Shown: positions 50,003-60,472 of the stretch, piece by piece
Numbering within the stretch: position 1 is the stretch's first letter
Layout of the letters: every line of letters starts with the position of its first letter
Assembly (NCBI RefSeq): GCF_028641065.1
Contig: NC_073377.1
Location: forward strand, 91,698,001 to 91,762,000
Direction of reading: 5' to 3'
Origin: Leucoraja erinacea
Lineage: Eukaryota
Length of the DNA: 64,000 nt
The notes under the pieces: generated by a model
What the model was told of the DNA's origin: nothing
Seen by the model: only the letters and a program-made list of their open reading frames with translations
Databases searched by the model: none
Program-made: the position numbers and the translations under genes

Positions 50003-52157
50003 GACTGAGGTTGAAAGTATTGATACCTTGTTATATCTTGCCCTTTATAGCATACAAGGTTTTTGACAAAAAAATCACCCCATAATGATTTTTGCAGAGG
50101 AGTATGTGTCTTTATTTATAAAAGATTTTTTACTCTTTCACTCCAAAATCATCTGAGCGCATGCATGGAATAGACTCACTTTGGTGAAATTGTGAACTCC
50201 TGACAATTCTCCGTACAAACCTTTTGAAGAGGTCACAGAGTACAGCTTTGCATCAACTTCCTTGTTCAAAATCTTCTTGCAATCACCACATAGTGAAACA
50301 CTATTACAGTCAATCTGAGTCGTCTTTACTTGACCTCTGTTCATTTCTAATCTATCAAATTTTTCCTTTGCCTAAAATCAAAGCAGCAAATGCTGGAAAC
50401 ATCTGCAGTTCAAGCATCATCAGTGGAAAGAGAAGCAATTAATGTTTTAGATGCAGCTACTAATTTTTCCACACCAGGTTCCTCAATGCATTTGAAATAT
50501 TGCAAGACAGTCAGAAAATTGGCATTAGCTTGATATAGATACAATCATTGTAATCTGTAATACCTTTACAGGTATCCATGAATATTTATGCCCATTGGTA
50601 TGATGGTGTAGTCCTGCAGCATCTATGTCAAACATCCCTTTCTAGACCAGTTTCAATCCGGTGAGGCTATCTTTACCAAAAATGTTGGGTTGATTAATAT
50701 AATTAGCCATATCCATGCCTGTTCTATTTAGAGTCATAGAGTCTTACAGCATGGAAACATGCCCTTCAGCCCAACACACCCACTTCAACCAACATGCCCC
50801 TATGCTGGCTGCAATAGCTTTGTCTTCCATAATCACCCTAAAAATTATTGTGTTCACTCTGTTTTTCCTTTTACAAGTTTCCTTTCTAATGCTTAACTTT
50901 TCTCTTTTTATACATTTTTCTGTTATCTTCATTTTTCTGATACTCTAAATTTTTTTTTCCAGTTTTTAGATATTAATATATCCAAGCTTTCATTCCAACT
51001 ACAACTTTGATTTAAGCAGGGATGATTTCATCACTTTTATCAGTTGCCCGTCTGTATATTCCTCACTTCTGTTGCTATCTCCTGTTGTGCATTATTCTCG
51101 AGCATGCAGTGGGAGCAGCCGATAGGCATCTGCCAAGCTTCTGCCTATTCCTGTGCAAGTGCAGCTGTGCCGATTTACCATTTAAAGATGACTGTGGCAA
51201 TGTATAATGCACTTACACAAAAGTCTATCAATGAAGAGAATAAAAAATCTCAAAAGTATACCATCAGCCACATGATAACATTAATATGTTATTATGACAA
51301 ACTAACTATTGCCCAGGATTGCTGATTAACATCATTTTAATGTCTTGCGTGTATTTCACTTCAGAGACCTTATCTCTCTAATGTGTAATCCAGTTAGTTT
51401 GTTTGTAGCAAGAAAAAACTCAGATTCAGCTGACAGTGCACCCTGGCCCCAATTCATTTGCTGCATGATTCAACAGCAGATGAGGTAAATTCAAAATGAT
51501 GGGAAAAAAACAAATTAAATGACCTGCACAACACCAGCAGATAAATAAAACAGAGAGGGTTGAACAAATGAGAATACCAGTTGCAGTTGAAGGAGCTAAA
51601 CCAAGTGAAGGAACAGGTGTCAAAACAAACAGTCGGAATGGTGACTTTTTTGGTTCAGAAGAATTGTAAATACAGGAGCTGATTTTGAAATTTGAAGAAT
51701 GGTCTTAACGGGACAAAAAAAAACTTCCTGCAGGTTTAATTCAAGCTGATCCTATCTCATTATCACAGACTTTCCTGATGTAGCAACCTGGGCCTCTGTC
51801 ACATGCGAATTGTGACTACATGATGTTGCAGCTAGGATTCAGATTACAATTTTAAGGGACAATTTGTTGGTGTAAACACTTAATGGAACTGGCACCTTTA
51901 CAGCCATTACATCTGGGGATCTTTACATGAAGGGATCTACATGAAACAAAGAAAGAAACTGCGTCGATATACCCTTTCACTCCTTCACAATTTGCAAGCA
52001 ACATTAAAGTTAAGTTTTGAAATGTAGTTATGTTATATACATAAAAGTACTGTGATCATTAAGAGGACCAAATAAACTGTCCGAGTGACGTTGATTACAT
52101 GATAGATATTGGTCAGACCTTTGCCATGTTCTTCTTTGAGTGCCATAGGATTTGATT

Positions 52158-52328
52158 TTAGAAACATAGAAAATAGGTGCAGGAGTAGGCCATTCGGCCC
52201 TTCGAGCCACCACCGCCATTTAATGTGATCATCGCCGATTATCCTAAATCAGTACCCCGTTCCTGCTTTCTCCCCATATCCCTTGATTCCGTTAGCCTTA
52301 AGAGCTATATCTAACTCTCTCTTGAAAA
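52158..52328 (-). mobile_element. CR1 3' end
   Basis: agaaacatagaaaataggtgcaggagtaggccattcggccc. Confidence 0.85.
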
Positions 52329-52674
52329 CGTGAACATTTTAATTTATTATCAGTTTTCCTCAATGAATGTGATGGTATGTTAAACTACTTGCACACTTGA
52401 CATCCTGGCTTTCTATTACAGGAATGGCATTGATTTATTGTGATGGACTAGTAACAAACCAGCTCATAACTGAATCAGTGGATTATGTCACTATTTCCCA
52501 TGAACAATAATGTAGCAGAGGAAATATATAGAAGAATTACTGCAAAATTAGTTCATTGCTTGGAAACATGGACGGTGCTGCTTGAATGCGGGTCATTCAT
52601 ACCTTTGCAAAGCAGCAAGAAGTATAAAAACCCATGAACCCTTCGCTGACCACTCCAGGTTTCAAGGGCAAGTT

Positions 52675-52872
52675 TGTTTAGTTTTAGTTTAGAGATACAG
52701 CGAGGAAACAGACGCATCGGCCGACTGACCATGATCATCCACACACTAGTTCTATCCTGCACACTGGAGACAATGTACAGAGGCCAATTAACCTACAAAC
52801 CTGCACAGCTTTGGAATGTGGGAAGAAACCAGAGCAGCTGAAGAAAACCCACCAGGGAGAATGCACAAACCA
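52675..52872 (-). mobile_element. V-SINE 3' part
   Basis: (GTTTA)n, ttaacctacaaacc, ttggaatgtgggaagaaacc. Confidence 0.78.
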
Positions 52873-52880
52873 CACAAAAA

Positions 52881-53135
52881 CTAAATCCAATTCAACTCTG
52901 CCTGTTAACCTACCAAACCTACCTGGACTTACGGGAACGATGGCCCATGCTTACAGCCAGCGTGGAGAAGCAGGGCTAAATCCAGCTCAACTCTGCCTGT
53001 TAACCTACCAGGCCTGCCTGGACTTAAGGGAATGATGGCCCAGGCTTATAGCCAATGTGGAGAGTAGGGCTAAATCGAGCTCAATTCTGCTTGTCTCACT
53101 GGGTTAACCTACAGCCCTGCCTGGACTGACGGAAC
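52881..53135. repeat. ~95-bp tandem repeat, ~2.6 copies
   Basis: Units start ctaaatc at 52881, 52976, 53070; shared aactctgcctgttaacctac..cctggact. Confidence 0.88.
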
Positions 53136-53301
53136 AGCAACCCGGAGTTGTGGAGTTAGCCCTGTTTCTCCGTGCTGCCTCTCGGCGCTGCCTGTGGGCA
53201 TGGGGGCGCCGCTCCCGCCTGATTCCCGATGTCTCTGGCCGCCCCCGGATGGGGGGGGAGGGGGCACTCGGGAGGAGACGGGGATGGTCCAGTGGCGGTT
53301 T

Positions 53302-54401
53302 GGCAGCGATTGAGGCGCCGGAGTCCCAGGATCGATCATGGCTGCAGATGAGGTGCAGGTCTATGTCCATGCTGCGGCAGTGTGTTTCGCTAGTAACACA
53401 TGACCTGGGCATGTGCAGGTCATATAATACCAAACTCGCTTATTCCCTGCCCCATCTTTAGAAATGGAGAATTCTGGCTGTGCTCTGTAGTTAATGCATT
53501 TCGCATCTTTCATTGCAAGTGGCATGTATAATGTACATGTTCACTCAACACTAACAGGGCATTTAATTTAAGGTTGGCTGATTTATGAGTAATGGGCCTG
53601 TCCCACCAGCATGCGATTGCATGCGTCTAGCGCGACCAAACATGGTCGCTTGAGGCCTACGGGCCGCGCGGGGCCGGTACCACTTCGAATTGCGGAGGCG
53701 TATGGAGTTGTGCGGGGCTGGTCCCGACATCGCGCAGGGCTCCGAAAATCCTGCACTGTCCGAAAATTCCGCGCGCCAACGGCCTGTCGGCCCGCAGGCG
53801 CAATGAGGGCATACACAGCGTCTTGACAGCATATGCCTAGCGCGTGGTGTTGCGCGATGACGTCATCACCCGGCGTGCCATTGCGTGATGACGTCACCGC
53901 CCGATGCCGTGTGACGTCCAAATTCAGTTGGCACGCCTCCTGCCCAGCTGATTGGTGAGTATGATGTCGGGACCAGCTCCGCACAACTGCATACGCCTCC
54001 GTGGTTCGAAGTGGGAATGGCCCCGCGAGGCCGTACGCCTCAAGCGACCACGTTTGGTCGCGCTAGACGCATGCAATCGCATGCAATCGCATGCTGGTGG
54101 GACAGGCCCATTACTCATAAATCAGCCAACCTTAAATTAAATGCCCTGTTAGTGTTGAGTGAACATGTACATTATACATGCCACTTGCAAAGAAAGATGC
54201 AAAATGCATTAACTACAGAGCACAGCCAGAATTCTCCATTTCTAAAGATGGGGCAGGGAATAAGCGAGTTTGGTATTATATGACCTGCACATGCCCAGGT
54301 CATGTGTTACTAGCGAAACACACTGCCGCGGCATGGACATAGACCTGCACCTCATCTGCAGCCATGATCGATCCCGGGACTCCGGCGCCTCAATCGCTGC
54401 C
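53302..54401. repeat. Long inverted repeat: 291-bp arms (53302-53592 / 54111-54401) around a Harbinger-type MITE
   Basis: Arms are reverse complements with 4 mismatches seen by eye and no indels. Confidence 0.95.
53593..54110. mobile_element. Harbinger-type MITE (518 bp) with ~140-bp imperfect inverted ends
   Basis: tgggcctgtcccacc / ggtgggacaggccca; CpG-rich. Confidence 0.88.
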
Positions 54402-54619
54402 CTTAAGAAGCTAATTGGGACCTAATTTTAACACCACCATGTTCATAGTGAGAAATCAAATGGTAGGATGACTACATTTTCCATCAGTGAGATCAAAGCT
54501 GCTGCTTGGTGGATGATCCCAGTAGGTTCCTCAAGGTATTTCCAGAAGAGCTTTTTTAAATATTTTTTCCAGGGTTAAGGAGGGACAGTATAGCTGGTGG
54601 AGATGACCAGGGAACTCAG

Positions 54620-55168
54620 TCTGAAAAAGAATCCTGGCATGAAATGTCGCCTATCCATGTTCTCCAGAGATGCTGCCTGAACTGCTGCGTTACTACAGTA
54701 CTTTGCTCATTAGTTCATTAGTTGATTTATCTCTCCCTCTCAACCCCATTCTCCTGCCTTCTGCCCATAGCCCTTGATGCTCGTACTAATCAAGAATCTA
54801 TCTCTGCCTTAAAAACATTAATGGATGGCCTCCACAGTCTTCTGTGACGATAAATTCCACAGATTCACCATCCTCTGACTTAAGAAATTCCTCCTCATCT
54901 CCTTCCTACAGGAACGTCCTTTTATTCTGAAGCTATGATGTCTGGTCCTAGACTCCCATTCGTGGAAACATCCTCTCCACATCCACTCTATCCAAGCATT
55001 TCACTATTCAGTAAGTTTCAATGAGTTTCCCCCTCATCCTTCTAAACTCCTGCGAATAGAGGCCCAGTGCCGTCAAACGCTCATCATATGTTAACCCACT
55101 CATTCTTGGGATCATTCTTATAAACCTCCTCTGGACCCTCTCCATCGCCAACACATCCTTTCCTCAGA
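54620..55168. mobile_element. Penelope-like terminal fragment (+, ~54620-54705) and CR1 3' fragment (-, ~54715-55168)
   Basis: ctgaaaaag..gaaatgtcgcc..ccagagatgctgcctga; reverse CR1 C-terminus/UTR. Confidence 0.78.
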
Positions 55169-55489
55169 AAGCTGGAATGGTCAGGGACGCATTCACATGT
55201 TTGCATGCTGCTTACTGCTTAACAAATGAATTAATTAATAAATGAAGAATTTGTATTTGTATTTGTATTCATGAAGCACCTTCCACTAATACGAGATGCA
55301 GCAGCAGAAATGAAATGTTCCTCGTCATCATTGTGTGCGTGGAGAGGTAGAGACAACAGATAAAATCAATTCCCATTCTCTTTTTGCATTAAATGCTAAA
55401 CAAATGACCCCATTGATTGCTCAAGTGGATGTCAACAAAAGCAACACATTGTTGATCACAGTCTCAGCAAAGAGCTTTACAACCAGTTA

Positions 55490-55985
55490 TTTGCTTGCTG
55501 AAGTGCAGTTTCTGTTGAACAGATAAACAAAACAGCTAATTTACACTCAGCAAGGTTCCACAAACAGTAAATTGATCACCAACAAAGGCAAAGTACTGTG
55601 ACTGCTGGAAATATTGATTCATCAGTTGTGATGAGAGGTCATTGACTGAAATGTAAACTTTGTTTCACTACTCACAAATACTGCCTGCCCACCTCAATCT
55701 ACAACAGTGCTGCACTCTTCATCATTTTCTCCATTTAATCCATCTTCTGACAGGCAAAAGTATTTTCTGTGAGTTGAACAAACACTGAATTTCATAAGCA
55801 GTATGAAGAAAAGGAAGGGATTATTTGATATTTTGGCCAACATTTCTCTTTCACAGCACAGAAAAAAATAATGGTCCCTTTATCATTTTCTGTTTATTAT
55901 GCATAACTGCCTGAAAAATGTCCCTACATGAGAACAGAGACCACACTTCAAAAGCAATCAAATATGAAGCACATAGAGTGTGCTG
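55490..55985. mobile_element. Deu-SINE remnants in both orientations (~55490-55580 minus, ~55820-55985 plus)
   Basis: cagctaatttacactcagcaaggttccacaaacag; cctacatgagaacagagaccacacttcaaaag. Confidence 0.5.
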
Positions 55986-56611
55986 GCATTTGTTTCCTTT
56001 GGAGCCTCCTGGGTTAATTCTACGCTTGCCTTTCCTCAGACTTCTCCCGTCGGCAATTCATTTTAAAAGAAGTGAGTGGGATCCACTGGATCACTGGATC
56101 GGTTAAGGATATAAGGTCATAAGGAATAGGAGTAGACTTAGGCCATTTGGCCCACCAAGTTTACTCCACCATTCAATCATGGCTGATCTATCTCTCCCTC
56201 CTAACCTCGTTCTCCTGCCTTCTCCTTATAACCTCTTATTAGGTTTATTATTGTTACCTGTACTGAGATACAGAGGAAAGCTTTGTTTTCCATGCTGTTC
56301 TGCCAGATCAGATAGTACAATCAAAAATACAATTGTCAAACTCAAGTAAAATAGGAAGAGCAAAGGGGAAGATACAGAATGCAGAATATAGTTAGATTTA
56401 CAGGCAGGAAAGAGATTTAAAAAAAACAGTGATTGTATCAGATAATAGTGGATCCATCTCTGGGAAGAGTACACAGAGTCACCGTGCTCCTGCAACACCT
56501 TGACAATAACGACCTGAGTATTGATCACCGAATATTATTACACTTTGACAGTTTTGATTAACTAAGATCTCATGTTAACAATGTGATCAGGTAATCTTTA
56601 TCACAAGCAAA

Positions 56612-56709
56612 TGACTAATCCTTGCACGTACCAATATGCACCATGTACAGCTGAAACAATGCAGAATTGGTTTAAATTAAAATAGGTAGTCTCATTTATT
56701 TAGTTGAAA
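56612..56709 (+). repeat. Copy 1 of ~97-bp direct repeat (copy 2 at 58809-58904)
   Basis: aatccttgcacgtaccaatatgcaccatgtacagctgaaacaatgc...ttatttagttgaaa in both. Confidence 0.93.
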
Positions 56710-56711
56710 TA

Positions 56712-58810
56712 AGATGTGGTGGCCTCTGCAGTCCATCTGTCTTTTCTTTATTTTTGTCCTGTTAGGTGTATGTTTTGATTTTAGTTTTATATTATTTTTA
56801 GCTATGTATATATGGGGGGGAGGGGTGGGGGCAAATGTTTTCATCTCGTCCCTGTACGGGGACCCGACTTTTTCCTTGTCGAGTCTCCTTTGTCGTTGGG
56901 GCCTAATATCATGGAGCCGGCGGCCTCTAACCGGAATCGACCTGGGGCTCCAGTCGCAGTGTCTGCGGACTCACCAACTTCGGAGTGCTGTGGTGGCGCA
57001 CGGCTGCGACCCGACTTCGGAGTACGGAGACTTCGTCTGTGGGCTTTGTGGATGGTAACATCGGGAGCTCGCAGGTCCCTGGTGGGAGACCACTTTTCGG
57101 AGTTCCCACAACGGCAAACTTTGCCCGCCCGAATCGAGAGGTTTAAATCGACCCAGAGCGGGGCCTTACATCACCCGGCACGGCTTAAACAACCGCAGGA
57201 CTTACCATCGCCCGCCGGGGGCTCTAACGTCAAGAGCCTCAATCAGCTCGATGCAGCAGTTTGACTGCTTGACTGCGGGAGAAGAATAAAGAACAGGGAA
57301 CAGGGAAGAGATAAGACATTCATCACAGTGAGGAGGTGTTTGGAGATTCGCTGTGATGGATGTTTGTGTGGAATTGTGTTCATTGTGTGTTTTTTGTTGT
57401 TGTTGTTATGACTGCAGGAATGTAATTTTGTTTGAACCTATGTTTAAATGACAACTAGACCAAGTGTAGACCCATTGGGTCTGTTCCCCCAATGCGTATT
57501 TGCGGGGGGGGGGGCAGGGCGGCATGCGGCGTCACACACACTAACCACCCCCAAACGCACAATAATTACCCCGCTTGATATTATATTAATATTATTAATT
57601 TGCTCCTTTTACCCCATAACCGCCCTATCCACTGATGCATAGCCCACAACTCACAGGCGCGTCTAGAGAGGGGGGGGGGGGGGGGGGGGGGGTAGAGAGT
57701 GAGGGCAGAGAGAGAATGAGAGAACGAGAGAGAGGCAGAGACAAAAGGGCAAGAGACAGAGGGAGGGGGGGTGGAGAGGAGGAGGAGAGGGAGGGTAGGT
57801 GAGGGGGGGAGGATTGGGGGAGGGGGGGGGGAGAGAGATGGGGGGGGAAGGGGCAAGGGGAGTTGGTTGGGGACGGGGGTAGGAGAGGGGTGGAGGGGAG
57901 GGTGTGTAGGGGAGGGGGGTTTTAGGGGGAGAATGAGGGGGAAGGGGATTTAGGGGAGGGAGGCTGAGGTGGGGTAGGACAGGGGGAGGGGAGGGGAGGA
58001 GGACCACACAGACACACACACACAGCGGGTCCGATCTAAGCTGTCAATGAATACAGCAAATTTTTTTTTTTAAACTGTCTTTGAAATTAAAAGTTAATGT
58101 TAAGAATTAGTGATGTTAAGTGACAAATAATTCAGTTCAATTCAATGAAAACCAATGGAATCTACAAACCGGCAGCTGGGGGGGGGGGACCAGCAGACAG
58201 GCTGGGGGGGGGGGGGCCGGGCAGGGCCAGTTGGGCCTGGTGCAAAGGCATTGTGAGGTCAGCGGGCGGGGCCGGATGGTGCCACCAGGCATGCTGGGGC
58301 GGGAAAGGGCCGGGCGGGGCCAGTTGGGCCAGGTGCAAAGGCATTGCGAAAGGGAGCGGAGGGAGGGGGAGAGATCTCCCACCCCTGTCACATTGTGATT
58401 AGAGGGAAATGGAGGAGAGCCGGGTGGCAGCTGAGCACGCGGCTCTGCACGAGCGGGGGGTTGGAGTGGGCGGCCGGGCATAGGAGTCCAGATGCGGAAG
58501 GCGTGGCACGAGCGTACTCGGAGGAGGGGGGGAGTGGAGGAGAGCCGGTCTGCCAAATGAAGAGAGAGAGCAAAGCGGCTTGGATTGGTCGGCATGTGGG
58601 CATTGTGACGTCAGCAGCTGGTTAGAGCTGTTGTGCGAATGTAAAAGTAAAATCGCTAGCAAACTGGTAAAAATGTTCGGCGTTTTTGCATCTGGTTTTT
58701 GCGGAGTAACGAATCAAAGGCAAAATGCTGTACACCTACACACACACACAGTTTTAAAAGTATATGGATATGATATGATAAACGGCATTCTGATTCTGAT
58801 TCTGATTCTG
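56712..58810 (+). mobile_element. GC-rich non-autonomous retroposon with Rex1-like tail, split by a Helitron
   Basis: Homologous to 13215-14123; tail aatgacaa|taaac + (ATTCTG)n rejoins on removing 57455-58778. Confidence 0.75.
57455..58778 (-). mobile_element. Non-autonomous Helitron
   Basis: Minus strand begins TC, ends hairpin agaccca-t-tgggtct (57468-57482) + 9 nt + CTAG; inserted between A and T without TSD. Confidence 0.8.
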
Positions 58811-58904
58811 ACCAATCCTTGCACGTACCAATATGCACCATGTACAGCTGAAACAATGCTGAATTGGTTTAAATTAAAATAGATTCTCACTTATTTAGTT
58901 GAAA
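58809..58904 (+). repeat. Copy 2 of ~97-bp direct repeat
   Basis: Matches 56612-56709 with a few substitutions and a 2-bp indel. Confidence 0.93.
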
Positions 58905-59007
58905 CTTGCAAAAAACAAATTTTGTTTCAACATTTAAAATTGTGAGGAATTATATATCTCATACCTGTGTGTGTGTGTTGTGCAAGATGGAATTATAAAT
59001 GTTTAAC

Positions 59008-59185
59008 ATGGAAACATAGAAAATAGCTGCGGGCATAGGCCATTTGGCCCTTCGAGCCAACAACGCCATTGAATATGATCATGGCTGATTATCCAAAATC
59101 AGTATCCCGTTCCTGCTTTCTCCCCAAATCCCTTGATTCAGTTAGCCCTAAGATCTAAATCTAACTATCTCTTGAACACATCCTA
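59008..59185 (-). mobile_element. CR1 3' end
   Basis: Same as 52158-52328. Confidence 0.82.
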
Positions 59186-59859
59186 TATATAACTCTCTCA
59201 TGAATACATCTAAAATCTCATTTGGCCCCAATTCCTGTCTAGCTCCCCACCAGGTTTTAATGAAGGTGGTATTGGAGACAAACTATCAGGAGGATATTTA
59301 GAACCCATGGAGCTGCAATTTCCTGGGCTCGCTATTGAGATGCAAGAGGGTCTGATCCAGAAGGTTATTGTAGCTTCTGATTGAAAAGGGGTAGAAACAT
59401 AGCTCTCTGACGTAATAAGTGAACAACATTTACATTTAGCAATTACCTGACATCCATCCCCTCAAACTCTTTTTCATCCAATCATTTCCAACTCATTCAT
59501 GATCTCTGATTAGTTACCACAGATTTCTATTTTTCCTTGTGTGTTGCTGCTCCCACATTAGACTTCAACCCATTTCCTCCGATTGCCCAACCCTGGCTAC
59601 AAATAAAAAAAAACATCCAAAATCTCCTACCTCGTATCATAATCTTGGGATACATTGAAGATTTGTTGAAAAATGTAGAGGGAGTTATGATCTTATGCAC
59701 TTTTCACGTTTTTAATCATATTCCTCAATCTCCCATATTTTTCCAATCTAACTGCTTCCAATAACAGTCATACTTATTTCACCTCTCTATCTCCAATTCA
59801 AGAGAGTCAAGCTTGTTTAATTGACATGTACACAGGAACAATAACATTCTTGCTGGCTG

Positions 59860-60470
59860 CAGTATTAGACACAGTCAGTGGAAAGACAATGCATGATTAC
59901 AATTGAGCCATTCACAGCGAATTACGATTAGTGCAAGGTAAACCCAGTAAAGTCTGATCAAAGATAATCTGAAAGTCTCCAAATGAGGTGAATAGTAGTT
60001 CAGGACTGCTCTCTAGTTGTGTTAGGATGGTTCAGTAATAACAGCTGGGAAGAAACTGTTCCTGAATCTGGAGGTGTGAATTTTCACGCTTCTATACTTT
60101 TACTCGATGGGAGAGGGGAGAAGATGGAGTGGCTAGGGTGTGACTTGTCTTTGATAATGCTCAGCTCTGTTCAGTTTCAGTTCAGTGGAGCCAAATTGTA
60201 ATCAATGTAATAAGGGAATAACGTTTCATGCAAGGTTATAGTTAAAGTAAGAAATGTTGCTGTAGGAGTAGAGAATTAAAAGTGTGGAGCAATTGTAATG
60301 TGTGATTGCAGATCTACTTCTGTGACTAGCACAGAAATACTTGCCTGGATTGGACGCTATGAAGCAAGGCTAAAGAGAGACCTGTTAGGCCTTGCCGAGG
60401 CAGCATGAGGTATAAATGGGGTCAATGGAAGGGAGGTTGGTTTGTGTGACAGTCTGGGCAGAGAACACAA
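59860..60470 (-). mobile_element. Rex1-like 3' fragment (RT part resumes ~62352-62625)
   Basis: Matches 21755-22312; downstream piece encodes LSPLLYTL.SHDC...KFADDTT. Confidence 0.72.
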
Positions 60471-60472
60471 TA

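Noticed and set aside
50138-50344. 68-aa minus-strand ORF with CxxC
   Set aside because: Length expected by chance; no family match recognised, weak splice signals.
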